Shown one piece after another: positions 8,486 to 18,142 of a stretch of DNA of 38,932 nt; position 1 is the first letter of the stretch; each line of letters starts with the position of its first letter. Position numbers and translations under genes: made by a program. The notes under the pieces were generated by a model. That model ran no database searches, was not told the origin of the DNA, and was given only the letters and a program-made list of their open reading frames with translations. The DNA lies in NCBI GenBank assembly GCA_964490075.1, contig CAZBBK010000058.1, forward strand, positions 1-38,932. The letters are read 5' to 3'. The stretch is from an uncultured Gemmatimonadota bacterium (lineage in GTDB: Bacteria > GCA-2686955).

Positions 8486-10231
8486 ATGCGCGCACCGCGC
8501 TTCTTCCCGCTCGTCGCGCTCTGGGGGGCCTGCACGGCCCTGACCACCAGTGCCGCCGCCCTCGGTGATCCGGACTCCACCGTCACGATCTACGTCCACG
8601 GCTACTCGGGCGCCGGCCTCGATCACGATGCGCCGGTCGGCGAGGAGCTCTTCTCGGACGATATCGCGCCGCTGCAGCTCTATCTCGATCTGCCCGACGC
8701 CGCCGACGATCCCCGGGCACCGAACCAGATCGCCGGCGTCGAGTACATGGGCAACCGGCTGCCCGATCCCGAGACCAGCTACTTCGACTGGGACGACTAC
8801 GGGGAGCTGGCCGAGCTATTTCCGCCGCAGGGCGAGGCCGGTGTGCCGCTGCACGCCGAGGTGGTGGCCAAGTTCGCGCGGCACGTGATCGAGCGCTCCG
8901 GCGCGCAGGCCGCCAATCTGATCGGTGCGTCGTTCGGGGGGACGGTGACCCGCTACCTGATGGCCAACGACTCCGACGGGCTCTGCTCCGAGGGGCTGGT
9001 GAGCCGTTGGGTCACCCTCGAGGGCGGCGTGAACGGAGTCTGGATCGCCCAAAACCCGCTGGCTCAGCCGATCATCGAATGGCTCGGCGAGGACTCGATC
9101 GAGATCGAGCAGATGTCGTACGTCTGGATGCGGAATCACGTCGATCCCGGTCAGCCGACTCCCAACTTCCGCTGGTCGCCGCCCAACTGGGGCACCTCGC
9201 CCTCCTATCGCCACACCCTGATCCACCACCAGATCTCGACCGACTGGAGCCTCTTCGGAGGATTGCTGCGGACCCTGGCGCATCTCGGCAACGACGGCGA
9301 GATCATCATCGGTGACGCGGCCTTGGCCGGCGTGGTGGCCGAGCATGCGTGGAGCGACCAGCAGCCGATGGTGCAGTACCTGCACGCGATGCACATCTCG
9401 GAGGAGAACCTGGAGCCGGAGCACGTCGGCCTTTCCGACCACGAGGGCGCCTGGGAAAGCCTGGGGGCGACGCTGACGGGATCACGGCGCGCCACCCTGC
9501 GACTGATCGAGGCGACCGCGCACAAGATCTTCGAGGGACCGCTGCAGGGTCGCGGCGAGCTGGTCTTCGAGGCCGAGCTCTACTCGCGCTACGCCGCCGA
9601 CCAGTGGGATCTGCTGCGGCCGATCAACAACCGCAATCTGCGCGACGCATGCGCGCCGATGCGGCGCTTCGCCAAGGGCGAGACCCGGACCCTCGACCTG
9701 GTCCTCTTCGACCAGCTGGTCTATGCCGAAGACCGGTGGATCGACGCCTGGATCGGGGTGCGGGAGCTCGACTGGAGCGACATGCGCAACTACCTGGTCT
9801 TCGAGTCGCTCCTCTACCCGAAGCGGCTGGTCGGCGAGGGATGGATCGAGCTCGATCTCGAGAATCCGGGGACCATCGCCCTGGATACCGGCGACGTCGA
9901 CCTGCTCTTCGAGCTGCAGGTGCTCGAGCTCGACGTGGCGAGCCCGGTGCTGCGTGACGTCCAGCTGCTGGACGAAAGCGGCGACGAAGTCGAGCTCTGG
10001 TGGCGCAGCGGCGAGCCGGCCCGGGCCTCGGTGCTGGTGCGCGGCGACGAGGGCTCGCGTCGGGTGGCGGCATGTGACCAAGAGCTGAGGACGACCCATT
10101 CCGTCATGGTGGACGGGCTGGTCCCCGGCGTCTGCTACTCCTTGACGCCGCTCGCGGAAGACGCCGCTCGCAATCTAGGACGGGGCGAGGCGATGGAGCG
10201 CTGTGGGAAGGGAGTGCGTCAGTCGATGTAG
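8486..10231 (+). CDS. Secreted alpha/beta-hydrolase (lipase-like) with C-terminal beta-sandwich/FN3-like domains
   Basis: Signal peptide, YVHGY oxyanion motif, GASFGG nucleophile elbow, NDG acid residue; THSVMVDGLVPG...Y FN3-like tail; AAGGAG upstream. Confidence 0.72.
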   Translation: MRAPRFFPLVALWGACTALTTSAAALGDPDSTVTIYVHGYSGAGLDHDAPVGEELFSDDIAPLQLYLDLPDAADDPRAPNQIAGVEYMGNRLPDPETSYFDWDDYGELAELFPPQGEAGVPLHAEVVAKFARHVIERSGAQAANLIGASFGGTVTRYLMANDSDGLCSEGLVSRWVTLEGGVNGVWIAQNPLAQPIIEWLGEDSIEIEQMSYVWMRNHVDPGQPTPNFRWSPPNWGTSPSYRHTLIHHQISTDWSLFGGLLRTLAHLGNDGEIIIGDAALAGVVAEHAWSDQQPMVQYLHAMHISEENLEPEHVGLSDHEGAWESLGATLTGSRRATLRLIEATAHKIFEGPLQGRGELVFEAELYSRYAADQWDLLRPINNRNLRDACAPMRRFAKGETRTLDLVLFDQLVYAEDRWIDAWIGVRELDWSDMRNYLVFESLLYPKRLVGEGWIELDLENPGTIALDTGDVDLLFELQVLELDVASPVLRDVQLLDESGDEVELWWRSGEPARASVLVRGDEGSRRVAACDQELRTTHSVMVDGLVPGVCYSLTPLAEDAARNLGRGEAMERCGKGVRQSM

Positions 10232-12411
10232 CCGAGTGAGCGCAGCTCGCGGCGGATCTCCTCGTCGCCGGTGTGGTCGGGGATCCGCAGGCGCCGGACT
10301 CGGCGCTCCCAGCTCGCGACCGGGGCCGAGACCGGTGCATCGAGCAGGGCCTCGATCGGTGCCCCCTCCATGTCGAGGGCGCAGGGCAGGTCGAGCAGCT
10401 CCAGAACGGTCGGTGTGATGTCGAGCACCGAGTAGCCGCGTCCCTCGGCCGCCGCCGGGTCGCCGAAAGAGCCGAGCAGGATGCCGTCCATCCGGTGGGA
10501 GCCGGTGAAGTCCCCCTCGATCGAGACTGCCGCGAAGCGCTTGAGGGGCATCTCACCGCCCAGGGGAAGCGCCACGGCGCTGCCGCCGGAGAGGGCGCGC
10601 TGCAGCGCCAGACGCAGCGCGGAGCCGTCGCGCTCGACCTTGGCGAAGAGGGCAACGCCGTCGGTGGTCTCCAAGGCACGCAGGCGCGCCGCCGCTTCCG
10701 CGATCGTCCATCCCCCCGCGCCCAATTCCACCCGCCGATCGCGCCGATCGCCGCGCCGGGGCGGTGTCGCGTCCCAGAGCATGCTGCGCGCGGAATCGAT
10801 CTCGCCCTCGGCGTCGCGGACCAGCCAGCCCAGGCGCTCGAAGAGCGGATCGAGCTGGGCACGGCCGGGATCACCCAAGCGCACCCCGACTCCATGATCC
10901 GACGCCACCAGGAGGCGGCTCCCCTCCGCGAGCCGAGCGCGGATCTCGGCCAGCCAGGCGTCGACCTGCCGGTAGTAGCGCAGCACCACGTCGCCGTAAG
11001 GCCCCGGATCGGCGCCGGCGCCGGTCACTGCGAACGCCCAGCGCGCGGTGCGTGGACCATGGGCCGCGACATGCTCGCGCCAGTAGCGATGCTGAGCGCC
11101 GTCGGTGCCGCGCAGGTAGAGCAGGACCAGGTCCCAGCGCCGATCCTCCAGGAAATGCAGCAGCACGCGCGTCGCCAACCAGTCGCGCTCGATCTCCCGG
11201 CCGAGATGACGCCAGGCGCCGTGGGCGACCGGCGCGCGAAGGGGGTCTGGCTCCGGCCCTGCGATCGCCACGTGCAGCGAATCGGCCCGGAAACGGTGCG
11301 CCGCCACCACCGAGTCGACCTCGGCGCGGCGTGCCGCGGGCGCCACTCGAGCCTCCAGTCCCTCCCGCAGAAAGCGGTCCGAGACCACGATCGATCCGGC
11401 CGGCGCCGCGGCCGGCCACGACACGTACCAGTTCACGACCAGGCAACGCAGACCCAGATCGCCGGCGATCTCCCAGAGCGGCCGCACCCGCCGGTGGCCG
11501 GCGTGCGCCGGCACCGCCGACTCCCCTTCGAAAACGAAGCGATCGATGCCGTGCTGCCAGGGGCGCTTACCGGTGGCGATGGAGGTCCAGACCGGGGGCG
11601 AGAGGGCCGGATGGATGCTGCGCAAGGGTGCCGCCAGGCCGCCCTCGGATTCGTGCATCGCCCGCAACGCGGGCGCGGCTCCCGCCGCTTCGATCCCGCG
11701 CAGCCACTCCCAGCCGACTCCGTCGAGGCCGATCAACACCACCGGCTCCGACCCTCGAAGAGCATCGGGAAGCGGGCTCGGCACGGTCCGCGCGGCGTCG
11801 ATCGCGCCGAGCAGTAGCAGGGCGGGCGGCACGGCGAGTGCACCCGCGAGGGCGCCGCGTCTCCGAATCGCTCCGCCGGGAATCGACGCCGGCCGCGGCA
11901 GACGCCCGAGCGCTGCCGCCAACGCCGCCGCGGCGACCAGCGCCCCGGCCCAGGTGAGCCCCCCCAGCGCCGCCGCCGCCAGTGCCACAGCGCCGGCGCC
12001 CAGCGCCGAGGCCGAGCGCAGCCACAGCACGCCGTGGATCATGACGAAGGCCGCGAGCACCACCGCGGAGCGCGCGCCAGCGCCGACAGCCCGTCGCCGC
12101 CGCACCGAGCTCCAGGCCACCCACGCCGCCCCCGGCAGCGAGACCCACGCCACCAAGGTCGCCCCGATCGCCGCCGCGCCCAGCTCCGTGTCGAGCAGTC
12201 GGGCCGTGCTCGGACCGAAGATCGGCGCCAGGCGGGCGGCCACCAGCTCGTGCGCCAGCCAGGCGCCGTGACGTAAGGGTGCGCGCCCCGCAGCGGTCCA
12301 CCAGAGCAGCGCGCCGATCCAGAAGGCCTGCGCGTAGTGGCGCGCCAGCAGCGCCCAGAAGCGCGCGTCGGCACCGCTTCGCCCCGGCTCAGGGGTAGTA
12401 GAGCAGAACAT
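10219..12411 (-). CDS. Membrane-anchored alkaline-phosphatase-superfamily protein (type I phosphodiesterase/nucleotide pyrophosphatase-like)
   Basis: N-terminal TM helices; LIGLDG, SPPVWTSIATG, GTDGAQH, ASDHG, GSHRMDG, DITPTVL, C-terminal LRSLGYI. Start codon uncertain. Confidence 0.85.
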   Translation of the reverse strand: MFCSTTPEPGRSGADARFWALLARHYAQAFWIGALLWWTAAGRAPLRHGAWLAHELVAARLAPIFGPSTARLLDTELGAAAIGATLVAWVSLPGAAWVAWSSVRRRRAVGAGARSAVVLAAFVMIHGVLWLRSASALGAGAVALAAAALGGLTWAGALVAAAALAAALGRLPRPASIPGGAIRRRGALAGALAVPPALLLLGAIDAARTVPSPLPDALRGSEPVVLIGLDGVGWEWLRGIEAAGAAPALRAMHESEGGLAAPLRSIHPALSPPVWTSIATGKRPWQHGIDRFVFEGESAVPAHAGHRRVRPLWEIAGDLGLRCLVVNWYVSWPAAAPAGSIVVSDRFLREGLEARVAPAARRAEVDSVVAAHRFRADSLHVAIAGPEPDPLRAPVAHGAWRHLGREIERDWLATRVLLHFLEDRRWDLVLLYLRGTDGAQHRYWREHVAAHGPRTARWAFAVTGAGADPGPYGDVVLRYYRQVDAWLAEIRARLAEGSRLLVASDHGVGVRLGDPGRAQLDPLFERLGWLVRDAEGEIDSARSMLWDATPPRRGDRRDRRVELGAGGWTIAEAAARLRALETTDGVALFAKVERDGSALRLALQRALSGGSAVALPLGGEMPLKRFAAVSIEGDFTGSHRMDGILLGSFGDPAAAEGRGYSVLDITPTVLELLDLPCALDMEGAPIEALLDAPVSAPVASWERRVRRLRIPDHTGDEEIRRELRSLGYID

Positions 12412-13552
12412 CGCCGGGGAAGAGATAGCGCAGCCCCTCTTTCAACCCATCTCTCCAGCAGGTCCAGTTGTGGCCGTCGTAAGACTCCCGGAAGGAGTAC
12501 TCGTAGCCCTCGCGGCTCAGCACGTCGAGCAGACTGCGATTGAAGAAGATCAAGGACTCGAAACGGCCGCAGGTCAGGAAGAACTTGGCCGGATGGGTGC
12601 GCTTCTGGCGGGTGAAGGCGGCGATGAAGCGCAGGATCGGCTCGTCGTCCTCGAGCAGCTCCGGATCGACATCGCCCACTCGGCGGCGCCGCACGTCGGC
12701 ATGGATGAAGCTGCCCGATTGGCTGAAGACCTTGCCGTAGACGTCGGGGAAGCGACTGAAGGTGTGCAGCGAGGTCAGTCCCCCGTAGCTCGCGCCCATC
12801 AGGCAGCGGCGCGTCGTGCGGGGATCGAGTGCATAGCGCGCCTCCATCGCCGGCAGCAGCTCGTGGGTCAGGAAGTCGCCCTGCCGGGGGTCGACCTTGT
12901 ACTCGACCAGGCGGCTGGGCGAGTCGGTCAGAGCCACGACGATGTCCTGGATCTCGCGATCGTGCATCAGGTTGTCGAGCACGCTGCGGAGCGACGCGTA
13001 GCGCACGTAGTCCGAGCCGTCGTGCAGGATCAAGAGCGGGTAGCTGCGGTCGGAGCGGTAACGGGCCGGAACGTAGACGCGCAGCTGGCGCTCGCCGCCG
13101 AACACCTTGCTGTCGATGGCGAGGGTCTCGATCGTCCCGCGCCGCACGTCGGATCGCTCGTGAATGAAGTCGGGCAGCCGGTAGCCGCGCGCCGTGACCA
13201 CCGACTTCTCGCCGTAGGGACAGTCGGAGCGGTTGGGATTGAGGGGATCGGTGAAGCCGTGGGTCCGCCCCCCCCGATCGACCTCGACGCGGTACTCGAT
13301 GCGGGCCTTCGGCGGCACCTGCATCGGCAGATAGTGGAGCGAAGTGTCGGCCAGCCGCAGGAACTCCTGGCGGCTCTCCAGTCCCATGATCTCGTGGCGC
13401 AGGAAGACCTGGTCGGCCTCAGGGTCACGGTAGAGAAAGGTCACGCCCTGGTCGTCGACCAGCGGCACTTCGTGGGTCGCGAGGAAGCGGTCGATGGTCG
13501 ACTCGGCCGGCACGTCCGCCAGCGCATCTTGCAGCTCGGCCAGCCTCAGCAC
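12389..13552 (-). CDS. Fes/enterochelin-esterase-like alpha/beta-hydrolase with N-terminal Ig/CBM-like domain
   Basis: VTFLYR, DPLNP, RVYVP, LHDGSDY, GASYGG nucleophile, SQSGSF, GHNWTCWRD; GTG at 13552 overlaps the upstream TGA. Confidence 0.88.
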   Translation of the reverse strand: MLRLAELQDALADVPAESTIDRFLATHEVPLVDDQGVTFLYRDPEADQVFLRHEIMGLESRQEFLRLADTSLHYLPMQVPPKARIEYRVEVDRGGRTHGFTDPLNPNRSDCPYGEKSVVTARGYRLPDFIHERSDVRRGTIETLAIDSKVFGGERQLRVYVPARYRSDRSYPLLILHDGSDYVRYASLRSVLDNLMHDREIQDIVVALTDSPSRLVEYKVDPRQGDFLTHELLPAMEARYALDPRTTRRCLMGASYGGLTSLHTFSRFPDVYGKVFSQSGSFIHADVRRRRVGDVDPELLEDDEPILRFIAAFTRQKRTHPAKFFLTCGRFESLIFFNRSLLDVLSREGYEYSFRESYDGHNWTCWRDGLKEGLRYLFPGDVLLYYP

Positions 13553-14703
13553 GGCATCCCCCCGGCAACCGCGAGGCCCTCGCGCTCCACGATCTCGCCC
13601 GTCTGCAGTCCATGCTCCTCGCCTTTGGCCGTGAAACGGATGGCGCTCTCCGCCGGTCCCAGGCTGATGCACTGGCGACGCTCGGCCCCGTCCACCACCA
13701 ACACGGCCCCCTCGTCGAGACCGATGCAGGCGCGCAAGGGGAAGCGCCGCGCCAGAAAGGTCAGGTGATCCTGGCTGCCCTTGCGGATGCGCTCCGCGTG
13801 CTGCGGCAGCAGGAGCAGTCCCGGAAGCAGGCCCACGCCCCGGCCCAGCACCTCGAAGGTGTGGTGGCGGTCCTGATACTCGTCGTGGTAGACGACCACC
13901 CGCTCGCCGAGCGCCATCGCCCCCGCCGCGCGCGCCACGATCGTACCGCCGGCGGCCAGGTTTTCCTGCAGCGCCCCCCCCAGGTCGAAGAAACGCAGCC
14001 GATTGAGCAGCACCGCCAGGTGGCCGCCGTAGAGCACGACCGTCGCGGAGCCGCGAATGCGCCCGGAGAGCAGCCGCCGCTTGGCCAACCAGGACTTGTT
14101 TTGGCGCAGGGCATGGCCGTCCTGGAAGGCGGCCTCGAGCCGCTCCAGCCGCTCCAAGAGCCACTCGTCTTGCTCGCGAATCCGCTTGAGCTGCAGGCGC
14201 AGCTCCTCGGCCGCCAGTCCCAGAGCGTCGTGGCCGCGCCCGGCATTCTGCTCGGCGTGGTCGAGGAGCGAGGCGAAGGACCACTCCGGGTACCACTTCT
14301 GCACCGTCGCGAGCTGGACCTTCAAAAGCTGCAGCCCCATACGGTTGGAGCGCCGGTAGAGGGCCATGACGCGCCTGAGTGCTTTCTGCTTTTCTCTATA
14401 GTTTTCAGCCAACTCGGGCTCTTTCTTGCAGAAACGCTTGAACTCGTAATAGAGAGAGAGGTTTTGCACGTTGGGGTCGCGATGCCCGGCGACCCGGGGC
14501 GCCACGCCCATCTCGTAGAGGGTCCGCTTGAGATGGGCCTCGGCGAACTCCTCGCCTTGCCAGCCGGCGGTGATCAAGAGCACCTTGCGCCGTGCGCGCA
14601 CCTTCGGATCGCTGTGCACCGGGGCCAGGATGCGCCCCTGCGCCGCCTCCAGAGGACCGGCGTCGCGGCCGCTGCCACCGTCGATGATAATCGCGCCGCT
14701 CAT
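13546..14703 (-). CDS. Peptidase E/S51 (type 1 glutamine-amidotransferase-like) domain protein with coiled-coil insert, probably catalytically inactive
   Basis: ITAGWQ, GGHLAVLLNRLRFF, ARAAGAMALG (Ser position is Ala), GVGLLPG, GLDEG; ATGA overlap with the upstream gene. Confidence 0.75.
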   Translation of the reverse strand: MSGAIIIDGGSGRDAGPLEAAQGRILAPVHSDPKVRARRKVLLITAGWQGEEFAEAHLKRTLYEMGVAPRVAGHRDPNVQNLSLYYEFKRFCKKEPELAENYREKQKALRRVMALYRRSNRMGLQLLKVQLATVQKWYPEWSFASLLDHAEQNAGRGHDALGLAAEELRLQLKRIREQDEWLLERLERLEAAFQDGHALRQNKSWLAKRRLLSGRIRGSATVVLYGGHLAVLLNRLRFFDLGGALQENLAAGGTIVARAAGAMALGERVVVYHDEYQDRHHTFEVLGRGVGLLPGLLLLPQHAERIRKGSQDHLTFLARRFPLRACIGLDEGAVLVVDGAERRQCISLGPAESAIRFTAKGEEHGLQTGEIVEREGLAVAGGMPC

Positions 14704-15770
14704 GATCCGCCCGGGCCGCTCTCGGGCGCCTCGGCGCCCCCTTCGTAGAAGAGGTTCGCCTGCGCGAGCGCCTTCGCGCGTCGCGTCGATTCGTCGATAT
14801 CGAGCCGCGCGATGGCGCTGAAGGCGTTGAGATCGGGCAGAAAGAGCGATACCCCCCCCCCGCGGGCCAGCTCGGCGGCGCGCCGCGTCAGGGCCCCGAG
14901 ATAGTCCTCGAAGAAGACCTCGCCCAGCTCCTCGGGACGCCCGTCGGGCACCGGGTTGTTGAAATCGATGGCCCAGGGATGGCCCTGCGTGTCGAGCACG
15001 AACTCCACCGAGTTCATCTCGTAGCCGAATGTGCGATTGATGATGCGGCAGGACTCGACCACCTCGCGCAGCTGCTGAGCGGAGAGAAAGTCGCCGTCCG
15101 GCAGATACTCCGAGCGATCCTGGGGCCGAAAGATATACTTCATCACCACGATTTCACGCCCCACGCACAGACAGCGCAGGTGCCACTCGTGGGGGCTCTC
15201 GATCGAAGCCTGCACCGTCATCGACTGATTCCCCGAAGTGTTGTAGGCCTCGAGCAGATCCTGCATGTCGCGGCACTTGGACACGCCGAAGGCTGCGCGC
15301 CCCTCGGCGGGCTTCAGGTAGCACGGAAAGCCGACCTTGGACATCATCTTCTCCCACTGGAACTCCCGATGGAAGCGGAAGTCCCCTCCCTCGAGCCCGG
15401 GAGAGGAGTGAGGCGGCAGCACGTAGGTGGGGGGAACGCGTACGCCGAGCCGGCGCACGACAGAGTAGCCGACGTCTTTGTGGGCGATGAAATAATGGAA
15501 CGAGAGCGGGTTATTGATCACGTGCACGCCGCGAAAGGCGTGGCTCATCAGCACGCCGCGGGCGATCTCGAGCCGATGCGAGCCACGGTCGATCACCAGC
15601 GAGTAGTGGGATTCGTAGTCGATGTCGAACTCGGTGATCTCCATGTGCTCCGCGACCAGCTCGACCGACTCGCCCTTCCGATTCACCACCGCGGGCGCCG
15701 CGTTGATCTGCTCCAAAAGCGCATCGCCGAAGGCCTCGGTGAAATAGACGAGCCCGATGTGGAACTGCAT
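14700..15770 (-). CDS. ATP-grasp amide ligase (RimK/glutathione-synthetase-like)
   Basis: From ATG 15770 (MQFHIGLV): VIDRGSH, INNP, KDVGY, VPPTYVLP, GFPCYLKP, GYEMNSVEF, AIDFNNPVPD. Confidence 0.85.
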   Translation of the reverse strand: MQFHIGLVYFTEAFGDALLEQINAAPAVVNRKGESVELVAEHMEITEFDIDYESHYSLVIDRGSHRLEIARGVLMSHAFRGVHVINNPLSFHYFIAHKDVGYSVVRRLGVRVPPTYVLPPHSSPGLEGGDFRFHREFQWEKMMSKVGFPCYLKPAEGRAAFGVSKCRDMQDLLEAYNTSGNQSMTVQASIESPHEWHLRCLCVGREIVVMKYIFRPQDRSEYLPDGDFLSAQQLREVVESCRIINRTFGYEMNSVEFVLDTQGHPWAIDFNNPVPDGRPEELGEVFFEDYLGALTRRAAELARGGGVSLFLPDLNAFSAIARLDIDESTRRAKALAQANLFYEGGAEAPESGPGGS

Positions 15771-15848
15771 GAGGAGCACTCTCCGTTGCGCTGGCCGATC
15801 TAGGGAACCCTCCCGTCGCGGGGGGCGCCGAGCATTCTCGCGAGTTTC

Positions 15849-17615
15849 ATGCTTCGATTCAAACTCCCAACCGCCGCTTTCGACCTGATCCGGCGTTTTC
15901 TGCCTTTCATGCGTCCCGATCGGGTGATCGTGATCGTGGCGGGCGTGCTGATGCTGGTCGAGGTTCCCTTCTCGGTGGTCCGCCCGCTGATCGCCCGGCA
16001 TCTCCTGGACGCGGCCCTGCCGGCCGGAGACACGCGCCTGGTGATGCTGCTCTGCCTGCTGGCCGCCGGCGTGTCGGTGATGAACCAGATCTTGAGCGGA
16101 TTGGCCAGCTGGATGCTGGCGCGCTTCCACGCCCGCTTCAGCTTCCGCGTCCGCTCCCACATCTTCCGGCATTTCCAGGCTCTGCCCTTGGGCTGGTTCT
16201 CCGACAAGGACACCGGCTACCTGATGTCTCGGCAGACCGACGACGTGGACAATCTCGACGGCATTCTGGCCGACACCTTCATCCGTGCCGCGATGGACGC
16301 CATCCGCGCGCTCTTCTTCGTGGTCGTCCTGGTGATGCTCGACCGCTTCCTGGCGGTGACGGCCTTTCTCTTCGTCGCGGTGATGTTCGGCATCCAGGCG
16401 CTCTTCTCCCGTCCCTTGCGGCGCGCCAGTCAGGTGACTCGAGAGAGCTGGTCGCTCAGCAGCGCGTCGCTGCACGATTCCCTTTCCGGCCACGCCCTGA
16501 TCCGCGCATCGGCGGCCGAGCCGGCGGAGCGCCGGCGCTACACCAGCCGCCTGGCGACCCACCTGCGGGCGCGCTTTCGCCGCGACATCCTCGGCATGAT
16601 CGCGGGGCGCTTGTCCGGCACGGCGGGCGGCGTCGGGCTGGCGCTGATCCTGCTGGTCGGCAGCTGGCGCATTCTCGAGGGATCGTTCACCGTCGGCGGG
16701 CTCTTCGCCTTCTTCCTCTACCTGGGCAACCTCTTCGGCGCCACCCACGCGCTGGCAAGCCTCAATCCGACCATCCAGCGCGCCCTCGCCTCCGCCGAAC
16801 GGATCGCGCAGCTGCTCGACACCGAGCCCGCGATCACCAGTCCGCCGCGGGCGCCGGCGCGCGTCATCGAGCGCGGCGAGGTCGAGTTCGAGGAGGTGGA
16901 GTTCGCCTACCGGGCCGGCGAGCCGGTTCTGCGCGAGGTATCGATGCGCGCCGCGGCCGGCAGCACGGTGGCGTTGGTGGGACCGAGCGGCGCCGGCAAG
17001 TCGACCTTTGCCAGCATGGTGCCGCGCTTTCACGATGTCGACCTGGGGCGAGTGCGCATCGACGGAACCGACGTGCGTGACATGCGCTTACGCGATCTGC
17101 GCGGCCAGATCGGCGTGGTGCCCCAGGACATCTACCTGTTCAACCGCAGCGTCTGGGACAACCTGGTCGTGGGGCTCGACCGGCCGCGTGTCGAGCGCTC
17201 GGCGGTCGAGGAGGCGGCCCGGGCGGCCCATGCGCACGACTTCATCCGCGCCCTGCCCGAGGGTTACGACACACTGATCGGCGAGCGCGGAGTGCGCCTG
17301 AGCGGCGGGGAGAAGCAGCGCCTGGCGATCGCCCGCGAGCTCCTTCGCGATCCGCGGGTGCTGATCCTCGACGAGGCCACTTCCAGCCTCGACTCGACCG
17401 CCGAGCGCCTGGTCCGCGACGCCCTGTCCCGGCTGCGCAGGAGCCGCACCTCGATCATCATCGCGCACCGCCTGTCGACGGTGCTGGCGGCCGACCAGAT
17501 CCTGGTCTTCGACCGCGGAGAGATCATCGCCCGCGGTCCCCATGCGACACTGCTCGACTGCTGTGCGCTCTACCGCGAGCTCTACGAGACCCAGTTCGAT
17601 GGATCGCCGATCTGA
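15849..17615 (+). CDS. ABC exporter, fused permease/ATP-binding (MsbA/Sav1866-like)
   Basis: N-terminal TM domain; Walker A GPSGAGKST, LSGGEKQR, ILDEATSSLD, IAHRLST. Confidence 0.95.
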   Translation: MLRFKLPTAAFDLIRRFLPFMRPDRVIVIVAGVLMLVEVPFSVVRPLIARHLLDAALPAGDTRLVMLLCLLAAGVSVMNQILSGLASWMLARFHARFSFRVRSHIFRHFQALPLGWFSDKDTGYLMSRQTDDVDNLDGILADTFIRAAMDAIRALFFVVVLVMLDRFLAVTAFLFVAVMFGIQALFSRPLRRASQVTRESWSLSSASLHDSLSGHALIRASAAEPAERRRYTSRLATHLRARFRRDILGMIAGRLSGTAGGVGLALILLVGSWRILEGSFTVGGLFAFFLYLGNLFGATHALASLNPTIQRALASAERIAQLLDTEPAITSPPRAPARVIERGEVEFEEVEFAYRAGEPVLREVSMRAAAGSTVALVGPSGAGKSTFASMVPRFHDVDLGRVRIDGTDVRDMRLRDLRGQIGVVPQDIYLFNRSVWDNLVVGLDRPRVERSAVEEAARAAHAHDFIRALPEGYDTLIGERGVRLSGGEKQRLAIARELLRDPRVLILDEATSSLDSTAERLVRDALSRLRRSRTSIIIAHRLSTVLAADQILVFDRGEIIARGPHATLLDCCALYRELYETQFDGSPI

Positions 17616-18141
17616 CGCCCCGGTGCTGCTGGAGATCGGCAGCCGCCGGGGCGGCTTCCTGGCGGAGTTGGCGCGGCGCAACCCGGGCGCCGAGTGTGTG
17701 GGGATCGAGTACCGCAAGACCTGGGTGCGCGAGGCGCGGCGCAAGGCCTCCCGCCAGAGCCTGGCGAACCTGCGCTACGTCTGCGCCGACGCCCGCGAGG
17801 TGGTGGGTGAATTGCTGCTGCCCGGCGAGCTCAGCGAGGTCTACGTGCTCTTCCCCGACCCCTGGCACAAGAAGCGCCACCTGCCCCGGCGGCTCCTGCA
17901 GCCGGCCTTCTTGACGCAGCTGGCGCGCGTCATGCGCACCGGGGCGCCGCTCTACGTGCTCACCGACGTGGCCGACTACGCCCGCTGCCTGCGCGCCGAC
18001 CTGCAGCTGGTGGAGGCCCTGGAGCCCCTGCCGCGCGCCGCATGGCCGGACGAGTCGCGCTGGGGCCCATGCCGCATGCATAGCTCGCCCGGCCTGCTGG
18101 CCGGCGCGGTAGAGCGGATCTACCTGCGCCGGCGCAGCTGA
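17599..18141 (+). CDS. trmB: tRNA (guanine-N7)-methyltransferase
   Basis: LLEIGSRRG, VGIEYR, NLRYVCADA, FPDPWHKKRH, TDVADY; ATG 17599 overlaps the ABC gene end. Confidence 0.85.
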   Translation: MDRRSDAPVLLEIGSRRGGFLAELARRNPGAECVGIEYRKTWVREARRKASRQSLANLRYVCADAREVVGELLLPGELSEVYVLFPDPWHKKRHLPRRLLQPAFLTQLARVMRTGAPLYVLTDVADYARCLRADLQLVEALEPLPRAAWPDESRWGPCRMHSSPGLLAGAVERIYLRRRS

Positions 18142-18142
18142 A

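Noticed and set aside
13553-14296. N-terminal extension of the 635-aa esterase ORF
   Set aside because: Arg/Gly-rich alternate frame overlapping the S51-like gene.
15771-17033. N-terminal 420 aa of the 777-aa ORF
   Set aside because: Antisense to the ABC transporter; ATP-grasp similarity begins at ATG 15770.
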